Origin: an uncultured delta proteobacterium
Lineage (GTDB): Bacteria; Desulfobacterota; RBG-13-43-22
Length of the DNA stretch: 64,000 nt
Reading direction: 5' to 3'
Assembly (NCBI GenBank): GCA_963802945.1
Contig: CAWDKY010000029.1
Span: forward strand, 1 to 64,000
The translations under genes and the position numbers were made by a program. The notes beneath the pieces were generated by a model. That model saw only the letters and a list, made by a program, of their open reading frames with translations, had not been told where the DNA came from and did no database searches. The stretch's first letter is position 1, and every line of letters starts with the position of its first letter. Shown here one piece after another: positions 32,501-42,830 of this stretch.

Positions 32501-33063
32501 GCATTCGGCAGGACTGGCCGCGGGTTCCGCTACCGAAGGCAAAGGATACTCTGCTTGCTTCTGCGGCCCTGGGGCGGCAGGTGTCGGTATTATTGGACAC
32601 AGAAACGCCTGTTCTCGGTGTAACAGCCGGGAAGATTAAGGATGAACTGAAGACCATTGCCGTCTTCCAGCGCGTTGATGGAAAACCAGCAAAACCCGAA
32701 TCAGGAGATTTAGACCTGACCGCTGGATGGGGCCATGCCGGCAAGGGTAGCGTCACCATGCCCGGTAAGGGGAAGCTCAGCCACAGGGAAGATGGAGCAT
32801 ATGACATTTTCCTAAATGATGTTACCTGCTGGCGAAACGTACCCGAGACAGTTTGGACCTACACCATCGGTGGCTACCAGGTAATCAAAAAGTGGCTGTC
32901 GTACCGGGAGAAGCCACTCCTTGGCCGGGGCCTGACGCCTGAGGAAGTCCGTTATGTCACGGAAATGGCTCGCCGGTTGTCTTCTCTGATTGCCTTGCAG
33001 ACATCCTTGGATTCGAACTATCGGGTTGTGATCCATACAACTTATCCATGGCCGAACCAATAG
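29596..33063 (+). CDS. Fused restriction-modification enzyme (type IIG/ISP-like N6-adenine MTase with nuclease and target recognition domains)
   Basis: PD...IEAK nuclease motif, GVWYTP, motif I DPCCGTG, motif IV GNPPY, and C-terminal WTYTIGGYQVIKKWLSYR typical of type ISP-like specificity domains. Confidence 0.88.
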   Translation: MSENLIERYLTDMGEVRGTRSNVPETSFYPALERLLTGIGKTLSPKVRCVINLSNRGAGLPDGGLFSADQFRRKARDTDVMDNPFLVQNPSRGVIEAKPPSEDVRSVAETKQVERYWKRYGMVLVTNFRAFALIGKGSKGQPSVLEPFVLAESESEFWRLTAHPRQAAILLGERMQEYIKRVLLHNAPLSAPQDVAGILASYAHDARLRIEQADLPALASLRQALEDALGLHFEGDKGEHFFRSTLIQTLFYGVFSAWVLWARRHDAKPNETTGFADALREAAVPYTVAGDFDWRSAHFLLRVPMLRALFVQVADPARLGALGLIEVLDWSAAALNRVDHAEFFKSFEEGHAVQYFYEPFLHAFDPELRKELGVWYTPEEIVRYQVERVNAVLRSELGLADGLADPKVIVLDPCCGTGAYLRAVLRRIAVTLHDKGGDALVANDLKKAAMERVFGFEILPAPFVIAHLQLGLELEKLGAPLSDRYDPPERAGVYLTNALTGWEPPIGKPIQIAFPGFADERDAAAKVKQEKPILVILGNPPYNAFSGVSPEEEDGLVEPYKQGLGEWGITKNYLDDLYVRFFRLAEKRVAEYGGRGVVSFISNFSYLSDSSFVVMRKRFFDEFDAIWLDCMNGDSRETGKLTPAGEPDPSVFSTERNREGIRVGTAIGLFVKRSRFRDNDPAIRFRHFWGTMKRADLLASIDTQKFDAQYEMSNPRKENRWSLRPENITPEYRTWPRVVQLCSVKPMLGLNENRGGALQDTGKDGLSGRIRRYLDPAVDWDAFSSLKCGLEKRAAGFDPTAVRKKVQTTELFSEDRIQRYMRRPFDTGWAYISDVSPLWNRSRPELRNHLMQSPFCLLTRPAGAASPEGVPFFATSLLGEQDSMRGHAYYFPARLKVEPGRWASRIEVLPGLETGLEKITANLSPAARAYLASLDLPDPDSDQATAELIWYHALAVGYSPAYLSENADGIRQDWPRVPLPKAKDTLLASAALGRQVSVLLDTETPVLGVTAGKIKDELKTIAVFQRVDGKPAKPESGDLDLTAGWGHAGKGSVTMPGKGKLSHREDGAYDIFLNDVTCWRNVPETVWTYTIGGYQVIKKWLSYREKPLLGRGLTPEEVRYVTEMARRLSSLIALQTSLDSNYRVVIHTTYPWPNQ

Positions 33064-33217
33064 GAATGGTGAATAAGTACTTCGAATGCTATGCCGTTTC
33101 GGCTGCCCTTCACCGGGGAGGTTAATGAATGATCTTGACACACTTGTTAAATTAAAATGACTGTGTCAGGAAAAGGGGTATTCAAAAAGCAAGGCTTAAC
33201 CATGTGCGGGTGCATTA

Positions 33218-33697
33218 GTGAATCATAGACATCAAATTTTTATCAGTTCTCAACTGAAACCCGGTACTCTCAATGACGAACGTCGCTCGGCTTACAAGGT
33301 TATAAATAAATTTAATTTCATCTTCGTGCCGTGGGATTGGGAAAACGATGGACCTACCGGGCCGAAGACTCCAATGGAATATTGTCTTATCGAAGTCAGG
33401 CGGAGTTATGCTTTGGTTTTGATTGTTGGCAACACTTTGACAAAGCATACGCGTGCAGAATATAATTTGGCGAAGAAGGAAGGGAAGCATTTGTTTGTCT
33501 TCTTTAAAAAAGGTTGTCAGCGGGGGACAACACTTTCATTCCGGAAGCGATTGAAGCAATCCTGGTTGGAATTTCAAAATACCTCAGAGTTTAAGTCAAT
33601 GTTGCATAAATCCCTGCGAGATTTATTATTCATGGCAACTGAAGAATACAAGGCCACCCCATCTTCAGAGGTCGCGTATATGAAGGCAAGATCGTGA
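33218..33697 (+). CDS. DUF4062 (TIR-like) domain protein
   Basis: IFISS...ERR...YCLIEVRRS..LVLIVG...TRAEYNLA pattern. Confidence 0.75.
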   Translation: MNHRHQIFISSQLKPGTLNDERRSAYKVINKFNFIFVPWDWENDGPTGPKTPMEYCLIEVRRSYALVLIVGNTLTKHTRAEYNLAKKEGKHLFVFFKKGCQRGTTLSFRKRLKQSWLEFQNTSEFKSMLHKSLRDLLFMATEEYKATPSSEVAYMKARS

Positions 33698-36043
33698 GTG
33701 AGAAGAAAGCCAAAGAATTTGTTTCGGAAATTATGGCAAAATTGACTCCCGCAGTCCAAAGGGAGTGGTGTCATGACCCGCAACTCAAGGCTGAGGCGGA
33801 AACCGCCATTCACTTTACCCAAAAAGCCTTGGTGGAAATAATGAGTCACTTATTCGCCAAGAGACTTCAACAGGCTGCTGATTCGGCTCATGAGTTTGCT
33901 CCATTTCTCGGTAGCGTTGGTGCTCAGCAGTTATTGGATATGATTTCAAGATTAAAACATAAGAAGTTTGATTCGGTAAGGCCGTCTTTTATATGGGCAT
34001 CTGGCCATGCATTTCATGCCGCTGGCGACCTGCAAACAGCACATGATCGACTTATTCTTGCCCGTCGGATGGCGAGAGCCCAGAATCAGACGTCAATGGC
34101 TGCACGAATGGCGATTGACTTGGGCAGCTGGGCGTATAAAGTCGACGATTTTGATAGAGCGAAATACTGGTATGAGAAGGCAAGGAAAGAGGCAGTTGAA
34201 GCAAGAGATGCGGAGGTCGAAGCTATTGCTATAAATAATTTGGCATTACAGAAATTTGGCTTAGATCCACTCACTGCTCGAAAAATGCTGGAAAAGTCAC
34301 TAGCACTAAAAGAATCCGCTGACTCTTCTGAAAACATAAAGGCTGGTAGTTGGACTAATCTTGGAATTCTCTATGCTAAGGCTGGAGAGCATGAAAAGGC
34401 ATTTGATCTCTTCAATAAAGCCGTGAAAACATTCCAATCGTTCAAAGATTACCCAAATCTTGCGCGGGGGCTGCTTAACCTTGCCAATACTGAAGCTGAA
34501 CTCGGACAGTTCGAGGAAGCAAAGCGGTTATATCGGAAGGGACTTCAAATAGCTGAAAAATTTGATGACATAGATACTCAAGTTCTTTTGCATCAAGGCT
34601 TCGCTACAAATGCTTTTAAAGATAAAAAGTATAGTCTTGCCGCAAAAGAGTTCCGTTCATTGCATAGTTCACTAGAGGCCTTGGACGATAGTCATGGGGC
34701 GGCGATCGCGCTGGCATGATCTAGCACTGAGCCTTGCAAGGACAGGAAATAAAAAGGAAGCAAGAAAAGAAATTAATTACGCCCTTAAGCGTTTTGAGAC
34801 AATGGGTGACATGGACTGGTACAAACGTTGTCTTCTGCTGATTGCATCTGACATTGAGGATCGTCCTTCTGAAAAAAGAATAGAAATTTTGCAGAAAGCG
34901 GCGGATATGAAAGGTGGCCGAGATATAAATATAAAACTTATCACCCTTCGAACCCTCTGGCACGAATTGATAGAGAGAGGCATGCATAGAGAAGCTACTC
35001 GGCGGCTCAATAGGGAAAAAATCCTACTGAAAAACGATCCCGCTCAACTGAAAGCGCGATTGCATTACGCAGGAATGACGCTGCGTGACAGAGGAAGAAA
35101 GAGGGAAGCCTTACGTCTCATGAAAGAAGTTGAACGATTAACCGGAGGCGGAGAATCTCCGGAGATTGCTAACGTTCGGCAAGATCTCGCCATTGCGCTG
35201 GCGGAAAATGGACAGTTCGGAAAAGCCTGCGATCTGCTAAACCACAATATTAAACTTGCCCGTAGGCGAAAGGATCGCATTTTGTTGGCCGTAAGCTTAG
35301 GGAATCTAGGCGAAATCAAGAATCGGGCAGGACTCTCCAGGGAAGCAGTGCTACATTTGAAGGAGGCAGTGAGGCTGAGCAGAAAATTTCACGATACTGA
35401 AGGGGAAGTAATGTGGCTAAACAATCTGGCCCTTGCACTTTCCGATCTCGATAAAACTGCTGAAGCCGAACAGACACTGAAGGAGACTCTTAAAATTGCT
35501 GAGGCAGCCTCAGAACAGTCTGGTGTGGCAACTGTACAGGGCTCTCTGGGGATTCTGGCAGCAAGGGCCGGTCGTTTCGAAGATGCTTGGAAGTATTATA
35601 CTGCTGCGATTGAAGCTGCAGAAAGGGCTGGACGCAGTGACTTTGCCGTATCTATGCGATACAATCGTGCTACCTCTTCTTATTACAACAACAAATTAAG
35701 TGCAGCCTTGAGAGACGCGAAGGCGGTTGTTAAAGATGCCTCGCAATTAGGGCTCTATGATCTCAGCAGAGACGCTGCTCAATCAGCAGCCTTTTGGGCG
35801 ATAGAACGGCAGAAGCCATTAGCCGCTGGAGAATTCACTGCAGTAGACTTCCTTTGTAATTTTATGGTCGAAAAACACCACTTAGATTTAGCTGCAGGAT
35901 TGTTACTAATTGCTTACCAAAAAATGACAACTGTTCAATATCGGCAATACTACCAGGCTCTCAAGCGTCAACTCATGCTTTCCGATAAAAGCGGCAAGGT
36001 CTGGAATATAGTGGACCAGATAGAAAAAAATATTATAGACTAG
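33694..36043 (+). CDS. Large tetratricopeptide-repeat protein (~782 aa if one extra base near 34714 is removed)
   Basis: Repeated NLG/NNLA TPR signatures in both ORFs. GTGA overlap with DUF4062. GCGCTG(G)CATGAT restores AIALHDLAL. Confidence 0.8.
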
Positions 36044-36241
36044 GTAGTTAGACAGGAATAACTGAGGCGGGCCATAAGAAATATTTTTTCTGATTGAGAA
36101 TATTGCACTCTTTGCCCCCTAAAATGGGCCAATAATTATTTTTAACGGTAAAAAAGCGGCTTCCTCAATATTACGAGAGCGAAACGGTATTACATTCCAG
36201 GATATGTCTGCCAATCCGTCTGTTGAGAAAGGATGAATAGG

Positions 36242-36595
36242 ATGAGCACTAAGAATCCCTACGAGCGATTTCGCGGTAACGACCTTATCCTAAGGGATGA
36301 GTTGGCGATCGACCGAACGATCCTGGCCAATGAACGCACCATACTGGCCTATCTCCGTGGGGCCATCTCTCTGATATTGGTGGGTATCACTTTTGTGCAT
36401 TTCTTCGAGACAGGGCTGCTCGGGTACGTCGGACTGGCTTGCATTCCTTTCGGTGTAGGTGTAGGGATTTTAGGCTATATCAGATATTATAAGATGAACA
36501 AGGACATTCGAGATGTCAGAAGCTCCTTTATTCAGCAAGTAAACAAACCAGATACTGGAAAGCCGAATCCGGGCGATTCTCAAACCAAAAAGTGA
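36242..36595 (+). CDS. DUF202 (YidH-like) membrane protein
   Basis: RDELAIDRTILANERTILAYLR followed by two TM helices. Confidence 0.85.
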   Translation: MSTKNPYERFRGNDLILRDELAIDRTILANERTILAYLRGAISLILVGITFVHFFETGLLGYVGLACIPFGVGVGILGYIRYYKMNKDIRDVRSSFIQQVNKPDTGKPNPGDSQTKK

Positions 36596-36654
36596 GAATT
36601 ACCTTACCAGAGCTTTAGATTTTGAGAAGAAAAGGAAGGGCAATTATCGCACCG

Positions 36655-36690
36655 ATGAACTTCCCCGCAGCTTGCTGTGGGGAGGTTCAT
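36655..36690. repeat. Short palindromic element or hairpin
   Basis: ATGAACTTCCCCGCAGC-TT-GCTGTGGGGAGGTTCAT. Confidence 0.55.
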
Positions 36691-36845
36691 TGAGGTAAGG
36701 ATCAATATTTGAAGTTAACACTTTTACAAAAGGTAATTCATTTCTATTTTGTGGGACCCTGCTGGTCACGGATCCTGAGAGCAAAATAGCAATAGTTGAC
36801 TTGCCCTTTTTTGTTATGATGATGGAGGTTTGATAAAAAATTTAT

Positions 36846-37694
36846 ATGATTGAAGATCATCCCAGCGAAACCGCCCTCGGCGTAGCCTTATTGCGCGCCG
36901 TTCATCAACTCGTCGATGAGCCACCCAAGATTCTGGATGATCAGGTAATCGTCCGGCTTCTCGACGCATCTACGCTTGACTGGATCCGCCAGGCGCCCGA
37001 TCAGTTTCGGACGCCCGAGCTTAATGATCTGCGCTCCCGTCTCGTCATTCGGAGTCGTTTTGCCGAGGATCGTTTGGCCGAGGCAGTCCGTCGAGGTACG
37101 CAGCAATTTATCAATTTAGGGGCAGGGTTTGACACCTTCGCCTATCGACAGCCGGCCTGGGCGCTGGCCATCCGGATTTTTGAGGTGGATCATCCGGCAA
37201 GTCAAAAGGCCAAACGCGATCTCTTAGCAAAGAGAGGGATCGCTATGCCACCGAACATAGAATTCGTGCCTATCGACTTCGAAGTCGCCTCGCTTCGTGA
37301 CGGCTTAAAGGCCATCACCTTCGACGCCACACGCCCTGCCTTTCTCTCCTGGCTGGGGGTCATGGTGTATTTAAGTGAGGAAGCCGTCGATAGGGTATTC
37401 CGATTTGTAACCTCATTGCCCCGGTCGAGTGAGATCGTTTTCACCTTTAACGATCCCGCCTCTGCGGATCTGGGTGACCCCGGGCCTACCAGCCTTGCTG
37501 AAATGGTGGCAGCCCAAGGAGAGTCTTGGCGCACGTTGGTCAAACCCGATGACTTAGTACGACGTCTCTACGCCCTGGGTTTTTCATCGGTAAAATTGCT
37601 TACGTCTACGGAGATTGACGAACGCTATATAGGGGATCGTCAGGATGGGATCCTCGCACCATTACGGATCAGTATTGCCAGCGCCATGGTTTGA
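36846..37694 (+). CDS. Class I SAM-dependent methyltransferase (LCM-like family)
   Basis: TALGVALLRA, RSRFAED, NLGAGFDT, FEVDHP and WLGVMVYL. Confidence 0.88.
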   Translation: MIEDHPSETALGVALLRAVHQLVDEPPKILDDQVIVRLLDASTLDWIRQAPDQFRTPELNDLRSRLVIRSRFAEDRLAEAVRRGTQQFINLGAGFDTFAYRQPAWALAIRIFEVDHPASQKAKRDLLAKRGIAMPPNIEFVPIDFEVASLRDGLKAITFDATRPAFLSWLGVMVYLSEEAVDRVFRFVTSLPRSSEIVFTFNDPASADLGDPGPTSLAEMVAAQGESWRTLVKPDDLVRRLYALGFSSVKLLTSTEIDERYIGDRQDGILAPLRISIASAMV

Positions 37695-37723
37695 TCGGAA
37701 ACCAATCGATGGCGGGCGAGAAC

Positions 37724-38287
37724 CTATTGGGTCAAATAATAATTAATATTATAGGCTAAATTAGACATGCCCTGAGACAGTCTGGCGCCAAATTTCATAT
37801 TGGCCCAACCGCTAAAGGGACCGAACTTACGCATTAACGCCTCAACGTCCACCTGTTTTAGTACTTTCCCGGTGGCACTGTCAATGAACTGGAGACTGCA
37901 CCTTAACGAAAAGGCATGTGAGTCAAAAGGGGCCAGGTTGATAAATTTGACCACCAGCACCGCAGGATCTTTCGGAGGAGCTTCATTTTTGGCAGCCGCA
38001 CCCCTGACTTCCCAATTTTTTATGTAATCACGAGCATATTTTTGTAAGCCATTGATGTTTTGCTCTTTAATTTCAGTAGCCCATTCCTCTTTGACTGGAT
38101 AACCATAACTGGCGAAATTGTTCTCCCCGAGGTCAAGCCAGGATATATAAACGGTCTTGAATTTCTGAAAGTCCTCTGTTCCCGCGGCACCAGCATAACC
38201 CCAGGACAGCATACCAAGACAGATCGCCATAAGAACAATCACAAAGAGTTTTCTTCTAATGGTCATCATAATCAAATCCCCTCCCAA
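37724..38287 (-). CDS. Exported hypothetical protein
   Basis: Signal peptide ending AGA-A; RBS GGGAGG; no family recognised. Confidence 0.65.
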   Translation of the reverse strand: MGGDLIMMTIRRKLFVIVLMAICLGMLSWGYAGAAGTEDFQKFKTVYISWLDLGENNFASYGYPVKEEWATEIKEQNINGLQKYARDYIKNWEVRGAAAKNEAPPKDPAVLVVKFINLAPFDSHAFSLRCSLQFIDSATGKVLKQVDVEALMRKFGPFSGWANMKFGARLSQGMSNLAYNINYYLTQ

Positions 38288-38758
38288 GTTATTTTGAAAG
38301 AAATCTAATGATAATAATTAGAATAATCCAAGAATGTTGTCAAGTAGAAAAATATCTCCCGAAAGAGTTCCAGATATTCTACCAATCAAAGGACAACCGG
38401 CAAGAAAAAACCTTCGATGCCTTAGATCGGCTGGTGGCCATGACCTCCCCTATACCAGACCAACCTAAATGATGTTATTCCCTTTTTGCCCTCCCATGAA
38501 AAATTTCAGGTGTAACTCAAGGACTCACCTCCCTTTTTCATGATACAAAACTCCCTTTAGCCAATTAAACGCTCCCTAATAATAAAAGCTAAAAGTACGA
38601 CTTGATTCATAGGCTCTTTAGGTATAAAATTTTCGAAGAAGCTATTTAAGGGCAGACAAAAGCCAGACAGGAAAACGATTGAGTCTTTGGAGCATTAGGG
38701 ATATCCGATGAATGAAATCGTTTAAGAAAAAAAAGGGAAGGATAAATAGGAGGCTTTG

Positions 38759-39043
38759 ATGGAAAATAAAAAAATTGAATCGCAACCAATAGCGATCAAT
38801 ACAGTCGACGAGATGTCCAGAGGGCGATACAGTAATACCATGCTGGTCACCCACGGACCGGAGGAGTTTATGATCGATTGGTTGCTCCAATCGCCCAACG
38901 GCGCCCATCTCGTATCACGCATCATGGTAACCCCGGGGCACATGAAGCGTATCGTCAAAGCCCTTCAGGAAAATCTCGAAAAATATGAACGCCATTTCGG
39001 GGAAATCAAAATGGCGGAGTCCCCGACAACCGTGATGCAATAG
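38759..39043 (+). CDS. DUF3467 domain protein
   Basis: GRYSN..LVTH..EEF..D and SRIMVTPGHMKR...ENL..YE..FGEI. Confidence 0.85.
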   Translation: MENKKIESQPIAINTVDEMSRGRYSNTMLVTHGPEEFMIDWLLQSPNGAHLVSRIMVTPGHMKRIVKALQENLEKYERHFGEIKMAESPTTVMQ

Positions 39044-39097
39044 ATATTTTTATATCGAAATGATTGGGCCAACCATTATTCTAAAATTTTTCCGAAT

Positions 39098-40309
39098 TTA
39101 AATTTTCTTCTTCAGTAAAAGATAAAAGCCTCCCTGGTGACGGAGATGGCCGGCGGCGATTTCGGCTTCCTTCCCATTCCCCCAAAAAAGATCCAACCGG
39201 CCAGGACCTTTGATGGCGCCTCCACTGTCCTGAATACAGACCCAGCGCCCGAAAGGAATCCAGAATCGGATTTGACCCTGATCATCCAGGACCGGCTTCC
39301 ATCCCTTTAACCAACCCAGCCCGGCGGGCGGGAAGATTTTTAAATCTGAGGCCACCGATCGGCCGGGAGTCAGGAGAAGGCCCAGACTCCCGTAAGGTCC
39401 TTCCTGGAGTTCCTTGAAAAAAATATAACTGGGGTTTAAGTTCAATATCGCCGCTTGTTCTTCCGGATGGTCTTTTAGATAGGTATAGATGGCTTGAAGA
39501 GACATTTCTTCCGGCTTAATCACCCCTTTGCGAATCAGTTCCCTCCCGATCGCATAATAAGGATGGCCGTTGGCGGCCTGGAAGCCTAATTTGATAAGGG
39601 AACCATCTTCAAGAAGGACCTGGCCAGAACCCTGAATGTGCATGAAAAAAAGCTTGATTAAATCGTCAACCCAGAGGATTTCCAGGCTCTTTCCGGCCAG
39701 ACGGCCATTCTGATCGATCTCTTGACGGGAATAATAAGGGATAACCTGGTTTCCCTCGATCCTGGCGATTAATTTTTGACCTTGAAATTTTTTGGAAAAT
39801 TTTTCCAATTCAATGAAGAGAAGATCATCGGGCAGACGGTAAACCGGATACCGAAAACGGGGGGAAGGGGTTCGGCTGCCTTGCAGAGTGGGTTCATAAT
39901 AGCCGGTCAGCAGGAGAGGCGGAGATTCTTCGTTTTGGCTGGTTCTATAGAGGTTAAAATTGTTTTTAATCTGCTGTAATCGGGAGCTGGTGTCCGGGTA
40001 ATTTTTTATGATCTCCAGAAAAAGGGTTAGGCTTTCCAGAATGTCTTTATTGGATATTTCCCATGATCCCAGGACAAATTTCTTATCCGGAGATCGATTG
40101 TTCAGGTAGCTCAAACTTTGAATAACCGCCTGCTCCAAACCCTGTTGGTCTAAATCATCCTCTAAAATTGGCCATTCCGTCTCCGGAACTAACTGGAAAA
40201 GGACCGGTTCTTCAATAGGGGAGGGCTTTTGAATGAAAATGGAGCAACAGGAACTTAGAAAAATGAGTAGGAAGATTAATCCGATTTTTGGAAGAGAGTT
40301 TCTCATCAT
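39098..40309 (-). CDS. mltA: Membrane-bound lytic murein transglycosylase A
   Basis: Lipobox, TGYYEP, HIQGSG, NPSYIFF and QDSGGAIKG-RLDLFWG. Confidence 0.93.
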   Translation of the reverse strand: MMRNSLPKIGLIFLLIFLSSCCSIFIQKPSPIEEPVLFQLVPETEWPILEDDLDQQGLEQAVIQSLSYLNNRSPDKKFVLGSWEISNKDILESLTLFLEIIKNYPDTSSRLQQIKNNFNLYRTSQNEESPPLLLTGYYEPTLQGSRTPSPRFRYPVYRLPDDLLFIELEKFSKKFQGQKLIARIEGNQVIPYYSRQEIDQNGRLAGKSLEILWVDDLIKLFFMHIQGSGQVLLEDGSLIKLGFQAANGHPYYAIGRELIRKGVIKPEEMSLQAIYTYLKDHPEEQAAILNLNPSYIFFKELQEGPYGSLGLLLTPGRSVASDLKIFPPAGLGWLKGWKPVLDDQGQIRFWIPFGRWVCIQDSGGAIKGPGRLDLFWGNGKEAEIAAGHLRHQGGFYLLLKKKI

Positions 40310-40362
40310 AGGAAGAATTTCGGAAAAGGACGCTAGCCTACTGTCTAATCTTTTAATTTTTT

Positions 40363-40944
40363 TTAAACTTCACTATGCCTTTTTCGGACATTATAACGGT
40401 TCATGGCCGTTGTTATGCCTTGTTCTATTAATAGCTCAATGGCTTCACAGGCTTGGCCGGTCAGGATGGGAAGCTCCTTTCTCTCTTCGGCTGAAAAGGG
40501 TTCCAGGACATAGGATTCGGGTGGAATGTTTTCCGGGGGACGGCCGATCCCCATCCGTATCCGCATAAAGGCGCGGGTCTGGATTTGGTCTATGATGGAC
40601 AGGATACCTTTATGACCGGCGGCCCCTCCCTGGTTGGCAATCCGTATTCGGGTAAAGGGAAGATCAAGATCATCATGGATGACGATCAGATTATCAGGAG
40701 AGATCTGAAAATATCTTAGAAAAGAGCCGACGGCCAAGCCGCTCCGATTCATATAAGTCAGAGGGGTTAAGAGAATGACCTTTTCTCGAAGTATTTCTCC
40801 TAACCCGTAATGACTTTCAAATTTCCGTTTTTCTATTGAGAGTTGATGACGTCGGGCCAAGGCCTGAAGGGTCAAAAACCCCAGGTTATGGCGTGTATTT
40901 TGATATGGTTTATCAGGGTTCCCTAAGCCGGCGATCAGGTACAC
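40363..40944 (-). CDS. pth: Peptidyl-tRNA hydrolase
   Basis: GLGNP, TRHNLGF, TYMNRSG, HDDLDL and GHKG. Confidence 0.97.
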   Translation of the reverse strand: MYLIAGLGNPDKPYQNTRHNLGFLTLQALARRHQLSIEKRKFESHYGLGEILREKVILLTPLTYMNRSGLAVGSFLRYFQISPDNLIVIHDDLDLPFTRIRIANQGGAAGHKGILSIIDQIQTRAFMRIRMGIGRPPENIPPESYVLEPFSAEERKELPILTGQACEAIELLIEQGITTAMNRYNVRKRHSEV

Positions 40945-40952
40945 CGGAAAGG

Positions 40953-41615
40953 TTACTCCTCTTCCTCTGTTTTGGCTTTGCCTTTTTTAGCCACTTCAAC
41001 CTCGGATTCTTCAACGGGTTCTGCCTCCGCTACGGGTTTTTCTTCTTCTGCTATTGGCGGAACCACGGTAATCAGAGAAAGATTGGCCTCCGAGAGGACG
41101 CGAATGTCTTCAGGCAATTTAAGATCTCGGACATAGATGGAATCCCCGATATCCAGGGCGCTGACATCCACTTCAATATGATTGGGGATATTGGTAGGCA
41201 GACATCGAATCTCCACCTCCCGGGTATTTTCCTGGAGGATCCCTCCTTTTTCCACTCCGGCGGCCTTGCCGACGACCTTCAACCCAACCGAGACATCGAT
41301 TTCCTTGAATAAAGAGATCTCATAAAAATCGAGATGAAGAATCTCCTGGTCGATGGGGTTTTTTTGTATTTCCTTTAGCATGACCGTTTTAATTGTTTTT
41401 TTCTTATCCCCTTGGATGGTCAATTGATAAAGGATATTTTCATTGTTTTGTTTCTTTAAGGTTTTTTCCAGGGATTGCTTGGCTACCTGAATAGGGATAG
41501 ATACGGCGCCCGGTCCGTAAAAAATGGCCGGGATATTTCCTGCCCTCCGCAGAGTGCGGGCCCCACCCTTACCGGATGGTTCCCTAACAAAACCTTCTAA
41601 AGCTACCTGTTCCAT
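40953..41615 (-). CDS. rplY: 50S ribosomal protein L25/Ctc
   Basis: ARTLRRAGNIPAIFYG and HLDF; prs-rplY-pth synteny. Confidence 0.96.
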   Translation of the reverse strand: MEQVALEGFVREPSGKGGARTLRRAGNIPAIFYGPGAVSIPIQVAKQSLEKTLKKQNNENILYQLTIQGDKKKTIKTVMLKEIQKNPIDQEILHLDFYEISLFKEIDVSVGLKVVGKAAGVEKGGILQENTREVEIRCLPTNIPNHIEVDVSALDIGDSIYVRDLKLPEDIRVLSEANLSLITVVPPIAEEEKPVAEAEPVEESEVEVAKKGKAKTEEEE

Positions 41616-41646
41616 ATGGGTTCAATTTCCTTTCCTTTGACTTAAC

Positions 41647-42588
41647 TTAAACAAACAAAGAACTCACCGAGTCCTCATCATGAATCCTTCGAATCGCCTC
41701 TCCCAAGAGAGGGGCTACACTAAGCACCTTGATCTTAGGACAGTGGACGGCCTTGCCCTGTAAGGGAATGGTATTGGTAACCACCAATTGATCCAGAGGG
41801 GAATCCATAATCCTTTCCACGGCCGGACCGGAAAGCACCGGATGGGTGACACTGGCATAGATTTTTTTTGCACCCTGCTCGGCTAAAGCCACGGCGGCCT
41901 TAACCAGGGTACCAGCGGTATCCACCATGTCGTCTAAAAGAATGACATTGCAGCCCTTCACCTTGCCGACGATATTCATGACCTCGGAGGAATTCGGGCG
42001 GTCCCGTCTTTTGTCGATAATGGCAATTTGGGCATTGAGTCTTTTGGCAAAGGCCCTGGCCCGCTCCACCCCTCCGGCATCTGGGGAGACGATGACGATA
42101 TTATTTTGAAAATTTTCTTTGATATACTCCAGTAGTACTGGAGCGGCGAAAAGGTTGTCCACCGGGATATTGAAAAAACCTTGAATCTGGCCGGCATGGA
42201 GGTCCATGGTCAATACCCGCCCGGTGCCGGAGGCTGTAATCAGATCAGCCACTAATTTGGCCGTTATAGGGACCCTGGGAGCTACCTTGCGGTCCTGACG
42301 GGCATAGCCATAATAGGGCATAACGGCCGTTATCCGCCGGGCTGAGGCCCTTCGAAGGGCGTCCATGATAATCAATAGTTCCATCAGATTGTCATTGACC
42401 GGGGAGCAGGTGGATTGCATGACAAAGACATCTTTGCCGCGGACGTTTTCACCGATCTCAACAAAGATCTCGCCGTCACTGAACCTCCTGACCTGAATGG
42501 CCCCCAGGCCGATCTTCAGGTAGGAACAGATCATTTTCGCCAATTGGGGATTCGAATTGCCTGTAAAAAATTTTATCAGAGTATCCAT
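41647..42588 (-). CDS. prs: Ribose-phosphate pyrophosphokinase
   Basis: [24 protein letters not shown] and DDMVDTAGT. Confidence 0.98.
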   Translation of the reverse strand: MDTLIKFFTGNSNPQLAKMICSYLKIGLGAIQVRRFSDGEIFVEIGENVRGKDVFVMQSTCSPVNDNLMELLIIMDALRRASARRITAVMPYYGYARQDRKVAPRVPITAKLVADLITASGTGRVLTMDLHAGQIQGFFNIPVDNLFAAPVLLEYIKENFQNNIVIVSPDAGGVERARAFAKRLNAQIAIIDKRRDRPNSSEVMNIVGKVKGCNVILLDDMVDTAGTLVKAAVALAEQGAKKIYASVTHPVLSGPAVERIMDSPLDQLVVTNTIPLQGKAVHCPKIKVLSVAPLLGEAIRRIHDEDSVSSLFV

Positions 42589-42669
42589 GTTCCCTGCCTG
42601 ATATGGCCTCCACTTAGTAAAGGTTAATATTCTAAATCCGCCATCCGAAATTCAAAATCCAAAATATTC

Positions 42670-42744
42670 TGGCTGGGGTGGGAGGATTCGAACCTCCGAA
42701 TGCGGGTTCCAAAGACCCGTGTCTTACCGCTTGACGACACCCCA
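42670..42744 (-). tRNA. tRNA-Gln(TTG)
   Basis: TGGGGTG acceptor stem, anticodon arm CGGGT-CTTTGGA-ACCCG, GGTTCGAATCC, CCA end; canonical position between ispE and prs. Confidence 0.96.
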
Positions 42745-42830
42745 AATAAAGCGTTCAAAGTGCAGAGTTCAAAGTTCAAGTTCTTTTGAAAGAAAAAAAT
42801 CAGGCTGAACGAACTTTGAATATTGAACTT

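Noticed and set aside
38400-38545. Two strong SD-like motifs on the minus strand (GGAGGTGA, GGGGAGGT), possibly a small peptide or toxin locus
   Set aside because: The downstream frames are only a few codons long and there is no supporting structure.
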